Shown here: positions 29,306-39,930 of the stretch, in pieces | Position numbering within the stretch: position 1 is the first letter of the stretch | How the letters are laid out: every line of letters begins with the position of its first letter | IMG/VR virus record: IMGVR_UViG_3300024058_000001 | Span: 1 to 64,000 of that record | DNA length: 64,000 nt | Strand: one strand, 5' to 3' | From: a virus | Lineage: Duplodnaviria > Caudoviricetes | Translations under genes and position numbers: made by a program | Notes under the pieces: model-generated | The model's database searches: none | Told to the model about the DNA's origin: nothing | The model's input: only the letters and a program-made list of their open reading frames with translations

Positions 29306-29527
29306 TGTTTAGGGTAGGGGGGGGTTTTGCATGTCATCTTTTATGTACACGATATATTTTGGTAATTGCTACATAATGCTTACACTTGTTGATAAGTGTA
29401 GACGTTTTGTACACCTCATCAGGTATGAAAGAGGCATTTACTACTCATTTAGTGTCTGATTAGCATGCGTTTATGCCAGCTAGGGTATAGCTTAACTTCT
29501 CTATTATGAGAGTTTAACAGCCCTTTT

Positions 29528-29635
29528 TGTGATTATTTCACGAATTGTGTCCTTAAAGCGTGATAATCATCACATTATGTATAATCAATATGTATCATTT
29601 ATGATACATTATAAAGATGTGTCACTTCTGATACA
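29528..29635. promoter_or_regulatory. Cluster of palindromic protein-binding-like sites
   Basis: TGTGATTATTTCACG, GTGATAATCATCAC, ATGTATCATTTATGATACAT, TGTGTCACTTCTGATACA. Confidence 0.55.
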
Positions 29636-29935
29636 CCTCTTTTTGATGCTTCTCTGCTAGCCTGACAGTTTGATTTGGTTTATAAGGGGATTTAGGGGTT
29701 AGAATGGTCAAATCGTCGATTTAAGCTCTTGAAGCTGAGTTAGGGGGCTAGACCCCCGTCTATCAGCAAATGGCCTACAGCCTTCATTCTGGAGGATGTT
29801 TGTGTATGGAATACAGGGCTTTAGTGGGCGTTAGACCACGATTATTGGGAATCTGACTATCTGTGCTTGTCACTGTGTGGGTATGCTGAAAAACTATCGG
29901 TTTCCCTGCGGGGCACAGGCATTGAAAAAAGGCAT

Positions 29936-29978
29936 AAAAAAAGCCCCTAATACGGTGCAGAAACACCACATTAAGGGC
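29936..29978 (-). terminator. Rho-independent terminator ending the accessory block
   Basis: GCCCTTAATGTGGTG-TTTCTG-CACCGTATTAGGGGC followed by T7. Confidence 0.85.
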
Positions 29979-30016
29979 GACTAGGAAGAACCCTAGTTCT
30001 TACTAAATTCTAATAG

Positions 30017-30214
30017 TTATTTATGTAATATTAATTTTTCAAATTTGAAATCTTTATATTTATCAGGCACAATACAAATCTCCGCATTTAAGATAAGAGC
30101 ACCTTTAATAATAACTTCTGAACTCAATACAACATCAACTTTTTGATATCCCATGCCCATTTCTGGACACTTAAGTAATTCTATTGTTTGTTCTTCACTT
30201 AGTTTAATTTCCAT
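30017..30214 (-). CDS. Small conserved protein (PE.GMGYQ motif)
   Basis: ORF with AAGGAGGT RBS. Confidence 0.55.
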   Translation of the reverse strand: MEIKLSEEQTIELLKCPEMGMGYQKVDVVLSSEVIIKGALILNAEICIVPDKYKDFKFEKLILHK

Positions 30215-30342
30215 AATTTTACCTCCTTACTCACTTCTAATTATATTAAGGTGAAAATATATAGGCAATACAAGAAACTGCTACAAACGATACACAAATA
30301 GCAATCATAATCTCGTCAGGACTCATATCTATCTCCTTTTTA

Positions 30343-30456
30343 CTTAAAGCAAAGAGCAGGATTGGCTACCTACACGGCCACAATGGTTTCACGAAATGTG
30401 CAGCCTAAAACGATGTTAACTATACTAGCGTCTAATTCCGCCATCTTTGCTTTAAG
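30343..30456 (-). ncRNA. tRNA-like element (degenerate; D-arm resembles tRNA-Leu)
   Basis: 13-bp closing stem, D-arm-like TGGCGGAATTAGACGC, T-arm-like GTAGG-TAGCCAAT-CCTGC; no canonical anticodon arm, no TTC, no CCA. Confidence 0.45.
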
Positions 30457-30522
30457 CCCAGGTTGGTAGCCCTCAAACGGTAGTCGGCTCTAGGGCTGAC
30501 ACCTCGGACTACTACCCAGGCT
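30455..30522 (-). ncRNA. Putative structured RNA, possible pseudoknot
   Basis: Outer stem AGCCTGGGT/ACCTGGGCT; interleaved GTAGTC/GACTAC and AGCCCT/AGGGCT pairings. Confidence 0.35.
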
Positions 30523-30831
30523 ATTTGTTATAGTTTTATCTTCATGTCTTCTTCATAATCCTCTATAGTTTCTCTTTTAACCCACCAAGGCCAAGGCGTT
30601 TCAGTTGTTGCCATCACTACCCACACTCAAAGGTTTAACTAGGTACTGAATAAACTTCTTTGCTTTGATATAGTTAAAAACATCAAAATGAAACCTACCC
30701 AATATTGTTCCCTTGGTACTTATACATATAGTTCTTGTTTTGTCGTTAAGTGCATATGCATTTGGAACTGGGTAAGCTTTCCCATTACACCAAGCTTTAA
30801 ATTCTAAAAGTTTACTCATGGTTTCTCCTTT

Positions 30832-31167
30832 TTAGACTGTATGAGTTCCTTCAACTGAACGTTCTTCTCTTTCTTTTGTTCTATGATCAAGCCAATGCAA
30901 GGCTTCTTCTAACTTTATGATAGCCATTGCATTCTCTGGACATTTGAACTTGCCATCGTTGGCTTTCTGATAAAATTCTATACGTTGTTTAGCAGCAGAA
31001 ATAACTGTTTCAACAAATGCTCCATTAGGTTCTTGTCTCTCGGTTCCACGACCTAATGGCCCATCTTGCCAATTGATTGATAAACCTGTACCTTCAAATT
31101 TACCACCAGATGGATTTCCTTCAATATCTCTATAGTTTTCATAGTTACAGTTTTTAATGTCATTCAT
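30832..31167 (-). CDS. tad1: Tad1/Acb2-family anti-defence nucleotide sponge
   Basis: I.WQ.GP...NG...E.V......RI..YQ...F.C.ENA.AI..LEEAL.WL..RT..R..R.VEGT matches the Tad1 pattern recalled from memory. Confidence 0.65.
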   Translation of the reverse strand: MNDIKNCNYENYRDIEGNPSGGKFEGTGLSINWQDGPLGRGTERQEPNGAFVETVISAAKQRIEFYQKANDGKFKCPENAMAIIKLEEALHWLDHRTKEREERSVEGTHTV

Positions 31168-31546
31168 AGTTTCTCCTTTCTATTTTAAATTTATTATACT
31201 ACTTGGTTAGTCCATCTTATTGTATCATCTGTTATACTGCGATATGCTGTGCTAACACAAATACCAAAAAGGTATATTTCAGCCCAAGCACCTATATCAG
31301 GGGAGCTACCCCATCTTACATTTATATGGTTTAATAAAAACTTCTTAAATATCCATCTCTTTAGTTTGTTCATGATTTAATACCTCTTAATTGTTCTTAA
31401 ATTTTCTATCCTAAGAGCGTCATTTAGTTCATAATCTATGTATGTATACGGAGAAATAAATCTACTATCATAATCATCGGCTGGTTTCCATCCTTTACGT
31501 TTCAGCCTGATAGCAGCATTTTTAATTTCTCTATATATTTTATCGA

Positions 31547-31972
31547 TCATGACTTCGCCATCATATTATCAATAACTTCATAGTAGCTTGTCATATAAGA
31601 TTGCCTTAAATGAGACGTTTCATGTTTATCTTCATCATTTTTTTGAATAGCAAAACGAGCTTCATTAGGTACATAAATAATATGATAGTATTCAACACTC
31701 GTTTCTCCAGTTGGCTTATTAGTCATCACATTTACTATCCTTGACGTTGACTTAACAATGTCTCCTTCATATATATCCTTTTCATGTTTATCTTGTAAGC
31801 CACTGTATTGACCAACAGTTTCAGGGTCTACATCAAATGCATGACAATTCAATTCAACAATTTGATGGGATTCTGTATAATCCACACTGTCATGATAATC
31901 TATATAAACATAACTACCGTAAACCCATTCTCCATTGTCAACTCGTTTGCCTCTAAATTTAATGTCTCTCAT
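31547..31972 (-). CDS. YopX family protein
   Basis: MRDIKFRGK..DNGEWVYG, TVGQYSGL.DK....IYEGDIV. Confidence 0.88.
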   Translation of the reverse strand: MRDIKFRGKRVDNGEWVYGSYVYIDYHDSVDYTESHQIVELNCHAFDVDPETVGQYSGLQDKHEKDIYEGDIVKSTSRIVNVMTNKPTGETSVEYYHIIYVPNEARFAIQKNDEDKHETSHLRQSYMTSYYEVIDNMMAKS

Positions 31973-32128
31973 GACTTCACCATTAACCTCTATTACTGTC
32001 GATTACACAATCTTCTATTTCATCGTCAGGATCACGACCCTGTGCATCACACACTTTTCTAAATTCACACAATATGCTTTCTAGATTAGATTTTAAGTCA
32101 GCATATTTTTGGAATTCTTCCGCCTCGC

Positions 32129-33958
32129 TCATGGCTTCCTCGCCTTGTTTAGGGCTTGCTTGGCCTTAGTGCGTAATAAATCTGCCCATCTTTGTGCCTC
32201 TTCATGCTCTGGATAAAAGACATCTCTATTTTTATCTGCTATCCACTCCAACGCCCCCTCAAGCGTAGCAATCCTAGCCTCTGCGGTGGTGAGTTTGGAT
32301 TGATATTCTTCTGCTTCCGACCACGGAGGTCTGTTTGCAAACTTCTCAGCCTCGGCCAATCTCTCTCGTAGGTTGGTGCGTTGAGCTTGGAGCTTGGCAA
32401 TCAAAGCCTCTTTAACATCTACCGAACCGAATGGACGCTCCTTACTCATGATCTCACCTTTAGGGTTAGTTCATTATCAAACATAAACACTGACTTAGCT
32501 TCTCCATCTAAGAAATACCTGACCTCATACTGCATTCCAATATGTTGAATCCAAATAGACACTATCCTACCAGGTCTTTCTATCTCGTCTATTACAACTG
32601 TATCTCCCATTTTAAATTTAAAGTCCATATCTTATCCTTCGTGATAAATCTCTTTCAAATGTTGCTTTTACTTCAAGCCATATCTTCTCATCCATATCCA
32701 TCCCAAGTTTACCATTTGTATCATTGATCTCTTTGATAATAAACCTCTTATCATCATCAGAGAGATTGGCTTCTAGTAATGCCTTGGCAATGGCTGATAC
32801 AATGTAAGTGCTTCTGCCTAATGCATAACGAAATGCTGCTATATAAACTAAGTTATCTATGTCTCTAGACATTGTGTTCTCCTTGTGTCTTTTACAAATC
32901 TTCCACAGCTACATCGTGGTGGATATGGCCAGCCATGCTCAGGACAATTTTGGTTAGGTTCTACTGCCATAATATCACAACTACAGGTTTTATCTTCTTT
33001 GCAAATATGCGCTTCCATTAATTCTCCGTTTATAGCCTTAAGTTTTTTGTATATATTTTATTTATCCCTATAGTACAATTATATCACAATAGACGTGATT
33101 TGTCAAGGGGTTATTTATTCCTCCGCTTGCTTTGATCCTTCCTGCCACAGGCTCTACACTTTGACCCTTTACTTACTAATGCTCTGTCGCATGAATAGCA
33201 CCAGTACTTACCTAGTTTTGGTGCTGTTTTCTTTATCCTGTTGCTTTTGTTCATTTGAATAATCCCAGGTGTACGTATCACCATTAGTAAATGTAATCCT
33301 GCAGTCTTCCTTCTTGTCTCTATGCATAGCTCTATGTCTGGCTATCCCAAGATGATGAAATTCTTTACGACATGTATGGCAATAAGTTGTTGGAAGTGTT
33401 GGCCTGTATGTAAATTCGTTTTCTATTTTCATTTCTTTATATCGTCCTTCTTAGCCTTTTCTGCATGAAAATGCTGCTTACATAGGCTCTTACCGTTGTA
33501 CATGAAGTGTGCAGCATTACATTCGATGCACTCTACGCATATAAACGATGTGGTTAATCGACATGGTACTGCATTATCCATATCTGAATTACCTATATTC
33601 ATACCATCTTTAGGATCAATCATCATGATTTATCCATATCTTCAATTGTCTTACCCAGTGCTTCACTGCCTTCGTTAATCTCTTTATCACAATTGCGCCC
33701 ATATTCACGAAGTAACCCAACACACGGCCTAAGTGCTTCATTCTTAATAGCTATCAATTTATGCAGCCTAACAATTTCATCTTCGTATGTTTTTCTAATT
33801 TGCTCTATTTCTTCGCTCATTGCTTTCTCCTTAAGCTTGGATTTAAACCATTTGAATACATTATCCGTATCTGCCACCATTATACGTTTAACTGATTTGC
33901 TATCCAGTGTATCAGAGATAACAAACTTATCATAAAATTGCTTCTTAAGACTTTTCAT
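32129..33958 (-). other. Cluster of short hypothetical genes (32129-32449, 32446-32628, 32618-32872, 33208-33432, 33429-33626, 33623-33958)
   Basis: Overlapping start/stop ORFs; 33208-33432 has a C2H2-like CHTC...H...H. Confidence 0.55.
33078..33106 (-). promoter_or_regulatory. Perfect-consensus sigma70 promoter
   Basis: TTGACA-17-TATAAT with TG extension. Confidence 0.85.
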
Positions 33959-34434
33959 TTGTTTTTCCTCAATTGAGAGTTATATCGAATAAGTGTTTTA
34001 ATATTAACAGGCTTAAAATCCCAAACATCGACGCCTACGTTAACGATAGTGCCTTTATGCTTCCATTTCTCATGCACGTGACCACATAGTTGTAAATCAT
34101 AATATGGCTTTGAATCCGCTGGATAGTGTGCCATATGTACTTTAACACCAAATCCTTCATATACTATCTCTTTAGGGAATGACTTAAACAATTGATTCTT
34201 ATCATGATTACCCCAAATAAAAATTTTATATCCTTTGAGCCTACTAATCCAACTTGCTACATCTTTGTGAAAACAAAAGTCACCTAAGAAATAGGTTGTA
34301 TCATCTGCATCTACAAGTTTATTAAAATTTGCAATAAGAGCTTGATCCATCTCATCGGCTGACGTAAACGGCCTATCGCAATACTTTATAATGTTATCAT
34401 GACCTAGATGCCAATCAGATGTAAACCAAATCAT
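33955..34434 (-). CDS. Metallophosphoesterase (calcineurin-like)
   Basis: FTSDWHLGH, LGDF, GNHD, HYP, GHVH, NVGVD. Confidence 0.9.
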   Translation of the reverse strand: MIWFTSDWHLGHDNIIKYCDRPFTSADEMDQALIANFNKLVDADDTTYFLGDFCFHKDVASWISRLKGYKIFIWGNHDKNQLFKSFPKEIVYEGFGVKVHMAHYPADSKPYYDLQLCGHVHEKWKHKGTIVNVGVDVWDFKPVNIKTLIRYNSQLRKNK

Positions 34435-34861
34435 TTTTTATCCCTTTCTGTTGTTTTAATATGCCATCCCCATAAACAATTAGTACATACCCAATACATG
34501 GTGTCTGGCATTTTGGCTCTCTTATCTATGCCTTCTGTTGCGCCACAATTAGGACATTTATGCTGTGGCCTTTTCTGATCGTTCATTTTATGTACAAAGT
34601 AATGCTAACAATAAAAGAAACCACCACTTTGTTCCTGAATACAGATATAATGACACAGCAAGTGCTATTGTAATCATACTAAGTAGCCAGTCTTTCATGA
34701 TCTTTTTTTTCTTTTTCTTTTTATTCTCACAAGCTCAGGTGGTGCACAAACGTTACACTGGCCACAACTATCATATTCACATTGTTTACAATGCGGTGCG
34801 CTGCATACCATACATTCATATGAAGCTATTCGCTTAGAATGTTCAATGCAATATTGTTTGT

Positions 34862-35401
34862 TCATACTTTTACCTTCTCTCCAACCTCTTTTATGAAGTA
34901 ATACCCATCTCTAATTAGCGTTACATAATCAAGCTTGCATACTTCGCGTGAATCAAAGGGAATCGTTATATAATGCCACCCACTAGGAGATTTATGAGAC
35001 TTCATTAAATTCCCCATTGGAATTCTTTTAGATATTTCGTATAATTTATTTTTGTCCTCTGTGTCGATATCAAGCATGAACTGCTTTTGTCCATAGATAC
35101 ATTCTTTTTGTAACAGGGCAGTACGCCATTGAGAATCAACATAAGAGGCCATTTCAGGATGATAAATAAGTTGCGCCATAAGAACCTTCAGGGCCTTCTG
35201 TACATCCCTTGCATTAACTGTTCGATGAATACGCCAATATCCACCCTTTTGCTTCAGGATAGCTTCCAAGCGATCTACCTCATCACCATATCCTTTATCT
35301 ACTGTGCGTATGCACTGGGATTTCTCTCCATGTGTAGGTCTTGCTAAAGCAAGTAAAATATGTACATAATCCGTTTCTATACGAACTTCTCTGTTACTCA
35401 T
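34862..35401 (-). CDS. Hypothetical protein with AEP/prim-pol-like motifs
   Basis: MLDID ... KSPSGWH. Confidence 0.4.
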   Translation of the reverse strand: MSNREVRIETDYVHILLALARPTHGEKSQCIRTVDKGYGDEVDRLEAILKQKGGYWRIHRTVNARDVQKALKVLMAQLIYHPEMASYVDSQWRTALLQKECIYGQKQFMLDIDTEDKNKLYEISKRIPMGNLMKSHKSPSGWHYITIPFDSREVCKLDYVTLIRDGYYFIKEVGEKVKV

Positions 35402-36402
35402 GACTTAAATATATCCTTTTTTAGTTTCTCTTTGTAATCGTCAAGACTAAGAGAACCATCAGGATTTAAAGAATCTTCGTACCATTCCCAATTGTCAACA
35501 CCACCAACTTCTAATCTATCAAGTTCTTCCTGGGCACATTTAAGGGAAAGGTATTCTTCCTTTGTTATTGTTATATCTTCACTCATATAATCCACCAAAT
35601 ATGTATACCATATTACTCATGATTTATCCTTTCTTACGCTTGCAATGTAAACAATGCAAAAGCACAGCTATGTATATAACTAATGCGTGTAATATAGCAT
35701 GTGAAATAAAGCCTATGATTACTAATGCTATCCCATTCATAATTTCTCCTTTTTAGCTCTATCACTTTCTTTTCTTAGCTCTCTAAAAATATCTAAAATA
35801 CCATATGTGCCTTTAGGTAGCTTCTTAGCCTTAGTTGATAGTGTTACTTTAGCTTTGTTCATCTTCATCTCCAATCTTCGATATAGTTCTTTTATATTCA
35901 GATATTGGCATCTTTCGTTGTGCTTCTTTTGGCAATACATATTCTATCCATGTGCTACATCTAGAACAAGAACTATAAAATCGTTTTACTTGCCAATATT
36001 CTAATTTCTCTAAATCACATGGCCCGTCTTTACTTTGAAATCCATCAATGTTGTACTTGCAATTAGGGCACTTAATCTTAAAGTTAATATAGTCGAACAT
36101 AGACATAGTAACCACCCACCACAATTACTATAAGGCTTACTACTTTAATTATTAACCAGAATGCTAAAACTGCAAACATTTTAGTTTTATTAGTATAATA
36201 CATGTTATAATCAGGCACTTTATACAAATTGTTTACATCTCCACTATGATAATATAATTCTGCTTTCCATTCAGGATAATCTTTTGTAACATCCCCTCGT
36301 TTACATTTGACATTTTGCACACCCCAACATGATTCTCGTTTATACCAACCCACATTAGGTAACTTTACTATATGCTTTGCGATGAACTCGTCCATCTGTT
36401 TA

Positions 36403-36699
36403 TTATTCATTGTCTTTTAGCTCCCTGTATTGTGCATCTTCAACATCGACTTTATCATAAGTTTTTTCAAATATTTCGTTCTTACATGGATAAAACTCTC
36501 CCTGTATACCTTTAATAATCCACCATGTTGGAGGACAGCCCATAATCCCTTCAATAGTTTTTATAAATGTTCTAGGAGATTCTTGATAATCATAAAAGAA
36601 ACTTTCTCCTGCAAATTTTCTACATTCATCAAATGATTCTTTAGTTCCTTTAAATTGTACTGCTTCAATTACTACAGGTTTCTTTCTATATAGAGCCAT
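36403..36699 (-). CDS. Conserved phage protein (KKPV/PGDYG-like)
   Basis: YRKKPVVIEAVQ, T.EG.M, WIIKG..GEFYPCK..IF..TY. Confidence 0.7.
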   Translation of the reverse strand: MALYRKKPVVIEAVQFKGTKESFDECRKFAGESFFYDYQESPRTFIKTIEGIMGCPPTWWIIKGIQGEFYPCKNEIFEKTYDKVDVEDAQYRELKDNE

Positions 36700-37553
36700 T
36701 ATAGCATCTCCTCAAATAACTTTCTAAATGGTTTACACATTTTGTCCAAACGTTTTTCTATTTCTTTTCTAGCTTCTTTACCTTCTTTTACTTCGCGTTT
36801 AATATATGTATGCCCATTTTTGTATTTGATTTCTTGGCTAATAAATATAGCTTCATTTTTTATTCGTGATCGCATTTAATTCATTCTCCCCACAATTTTC
36901 TTTAGCCTAGATTTTGATAAGTTAAATTCCACATGTTTGTGATCTATGTATACAACAACAGTAACACTTTTTGGATTTTCATAGTACCAAATATCTTCAG
37001 TTATTTTCTTTGGAACTCGTCTATAATATGGCATATCTTTGTTATTTCTCGTCGTCATTTTGAGCCTCCACAAACAATATTTTTAAATCATTCAAAGCTT
37101 TACTAATTGCTTCTGCTTTATTCTTTTCTGATAGTATATCATCTTTGTACTTTACTAAGATTAGTCTGATTTTCTCGGTGTATTCAACGATATTAACACT
37201 TACCTTTTTATCAGATAGTTCACTTAGCCATAAAGCTAAACGATACTTATTAGTAACAGTAAGCGGAGTCCCTGTCTTTATACGATTGATTACATCCAGT
37301 ATCTTATTGTTCATTCTTGTGTACCTACAATAGTAATTAAGCCATATCTTTTGCAGTCTTCTCTTTGACAGAACATCAAAGGATTGCCAGTATAAGTATT
37401 ATTATTGACTAAGATATGGCTACATTCGATGCACTTCATTTTTATATTGTGACCGCTTAAGCCAGGTCTTATAACCTTAGTTTTAGGTAAATTTAAATGT
37501 CTATTTAGTTTCTTCATTATTCATTATCTCCTGTTAATTGTATAGTTTCACAT

Positions 37554-38438
37554 TTAGGACAAATTATCTTGTACATGAATTTCTCCTCCATGTCCTTGTA
37601 CTTCATAGTATAAATAGTCTACTCTTACTCTATGATATTCCTTGCCCCATTTGTTTGATTCGCTTACTTCCATGAAGCGATTAAAGTTCTCTTTCGCTTC
37701 ATACACCCTAAATTGCGAAGGTGGATGTGCGCTAAAAAAGTGTATAAAATCAGGTAACTTGTCTATTGGTATTGTGGCCAATTTCTCATTATATTTTATT
37801 ACTGCTTCTGCTGGATAACCTAGCTTTGACAAATAATTCATTGCTCTACCATCTGCCTCTACTTCGGCACTTTTACTAAATTGTTGCTTAATATAAGGAG
37901 AGCTTACTTCAAAACCTGATAACATACCTGATGCTGCACCTGCAGCAGATCCTAAATATCCACCTGTTGCACTAAGTCCAATTTTTGCAATTTTGTTTAT
38001 TTTAAACTTTTTTCCCTTTTTACCTGATTGATAACGTAATGCAGTAGTATGTCCTATTTCATGAGCTAACACTGCAGCAAGCTCTGCTTTTGAATCTATA
38101 AAAGAAAATAGCCCTGTTGATATATAGATATAACCACCAGGAAAAGCAAATGCTTCTACTCTTGGTTCTTTTATTACAAAGAATTGCCAAGGTAGATGAG
38201 GGCGTTCACTTATCCTAGCGATATCTTTGCCCACTTTGGTTACATAATCATTAATTATTTCATCTTCAATAAATACGACATCTTTTTTAAATTGTTTACT
38301 TTGATCTACACCTGACCTAATTTCTTCTAAATCATACATATTAAGAGGAATATCATCACTAATAATACGCATTCTTTTATCTGTACATCCTAATAATAAA
38401 AAACTTACAATTAACATTACTAATAAAAGCATTCGCAT
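37554..38438 (-). CDS. M48 family zinc metalloprotease lipoprotein (BepA/YfgC-like)
   Basis: Lipobox LLLGC, AFAFPGGYI, ELAAVLAHEIGH, E.EAD, SAHP. Confidence 0.9.
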   Translation of the reverse strand: MRMLLLVMLIVSFLLLGCTDKRMRIISDDIPLNMYDLEEIRSGVDQSKQFKKDVVFIEDEIINDYVTKVGKDIARISERPHLPWQFFVIKEPRVEAFAFPGGYIYISTGLFSFIDSKAELAAVLAHEIGHTTALRYQSGKKGKKFKINKIAKIGLSATGGYLGSAAGAASGMLSGFEVSSPYIKQQFSKSAEVEADGRAMNYLSKLGYPAEAVIKYNEKLATIPIDKLPDFIHFFSAHPPSQFRVYEAKENFNRFMEVSESNKWGKEYHRVRVDYLYYEVQGHGGEIHVQDNLS

Positions 38439-38967
38439 TATTAGTATGCCTTATGTAATAAATCTATTAAATGTTGTATCTTTGTAAAAAAAGATGATTC
38501 TCCAGTATCTTGAATAATATAAGGACTAACCTGTCCATCTAATGTTAAATGAGAAGTAAGAGTTAATGTATATTCACCGTTAATTTCAGTTAATGTAATT
38601 GTAGGTACTAATAAGCTAGAGTCATATCGCCTACGATAATGTTCTTTTGCCTCTTCTAAAATAAAATCTGCTTTTCTTTGCATAAAAGTAATAAAATCCA
38701 TTATATAACACCCATCTCTTTGTTTAAATATTGTTCTATATCATTAAGAGTAATTAAAGAATCAGACAAATTATACCTATCATTCTGTCCAGGAATATCA
38801 AAGTCAAGACGTTCTAATTCTGCTATAGCATCGTGGAGTTGTCCCATTATCTTGAATATCTTATTACGCTTAATCCTAACAAATTTAGAAATAGATAGTT
38901 TTTTATTTTTCATGATTTAGCTCCTGTAGTTTATTTTTGTAACTTATTCTACCACAATTTAGTACTA

Positions 38968-39507
38968 TCATACCTTATCCAAGCAACATTTCTTGTATTT
39001 TTTACCACTGCCACAAATACAAGGATCATTGCGTCCTATTCTTAATACATTCTTTATTGTTCCGCATATAGCATGATCAAAATAAAGAATACCATTTGTA
39101 TGATCGATCTCATGCTGTATAACAACTGCTTCTATATCTTCTACCATAGATTTATGTTCTTCTAATTCTTCGTCTTGGTATGTAAAAGTAACATGTTTAT
39201 ATCTATCTGTTTGCTTTGACTTCTTAGGAAAACTCAAACATCCTTCTTTAGAAAATACAAATGGTTCTTCTCTGCTTACTATCTGTGCATTACATGCAAA
39301 CAGCCATTGACCTGAAGGAAACTTTACTAAAAATGCTTGTCTATGTATCCCAATTTGTGGTGCAGATACTCCATATGCTCCTTCTTTAGGAAACATCCCC
39401 AGTAATGCTTCTTTTAAGTCTGTTGCTTGCTCCTTGGTTTCCACTGGTTTGCAAGTCTGTCGTAAGAATTCTTCGCTGTAAAGTGGGAACTGCTTTAGTT
39501 TTATCAC
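38968..39507 (-). CDS. def: Peptide deformylase with C-terminal SEC-C motif
   Basis: GVSAPQIG, EGCLS, QHEIDH; GRNDPCICGSGKKYKKCC. Confidence 0.93.
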   Translation of the reverse strand: MIKLKQFPLYSEEFLRQTCKPVETKEQATDLKEALLGMFPKEGAYGVSAPQIGIHRQAFLVKFPSGQWLFACNAQIVSREEPFVFSKEGCLSFPKKSKQTDRYKHVTFTYQDEELEEHKSMVEDIEAVVIQHEIDHTNGILYFDHAICGTIKNVLRIGRNDPCICGSGKKYKKCCLDKV

Positions 39508-39727
39508 GTATTACATCCTCGTTTTGCTGTTCATTTACTATATTCTTTACTCGTATAACGAATAATGTATTTCTAATTTGGGGATCGTTCTTTATCTTAT
39601 ATATTATTTTATTCGTCATATCTCTTATTTCATTAGCTTCTTCAAGTCTATTAAAATTAACATTGCACCCGACACACATAATGCATAATGCTAACAATAT
39701 AGTTAATACGTTAGTCTTCTTCATCAA
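39386..39727 (-). CDS. Putative small lipoprotein (3' end overlaps def; true end uncertain)
   Basis: MKK + hydrophobic core + CVGC lipobox. Confidence 0.45.
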   Translation of the reverse strand: MMKKTNVLTILLALCIMCVGCNVNFNRLEEANEIRDMTNKIIYKIKNDPQIRNTLFVIRVKNIVNEQQNEDVIRDKTKAVPTLQRRILTTDLQTSGNQGASNRLKRSITGDVS

Positions 39728-39930
39728 CAGAAAACTCAGTATCCAAGAACTTTTCTAAAAGCTCTTTTAAGTAATGTTGTTTTTCATATCCACAAAGTTT
39801 ATAATGCCGTCTTATATCTATCTTTAAATCATTAAGATCATTAAGATTTTTTTCCATCTTTTTTCTCCTTCACCTTTTTTTGATTAGCTTCTTCAAGTCG
39901 ATCAAAATTAACACTAATAGACTAACTAAA

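Noticed and set aside
29462-29478. Third sigma54 promoter on the minus strand
   Set aside because: GG-to-GC spacing is 11, not the required 10; kept only as context
30349-30450. Functional tRNA gene
   Set aside because: No TTC T-loop, no defined 7-nt anticodon loop, no CCA
36403-36699. Tad2/Acb4 assignment
   Set aside because: Lacks the DUF2829 signature and I cannot support a specific anti-defence identity
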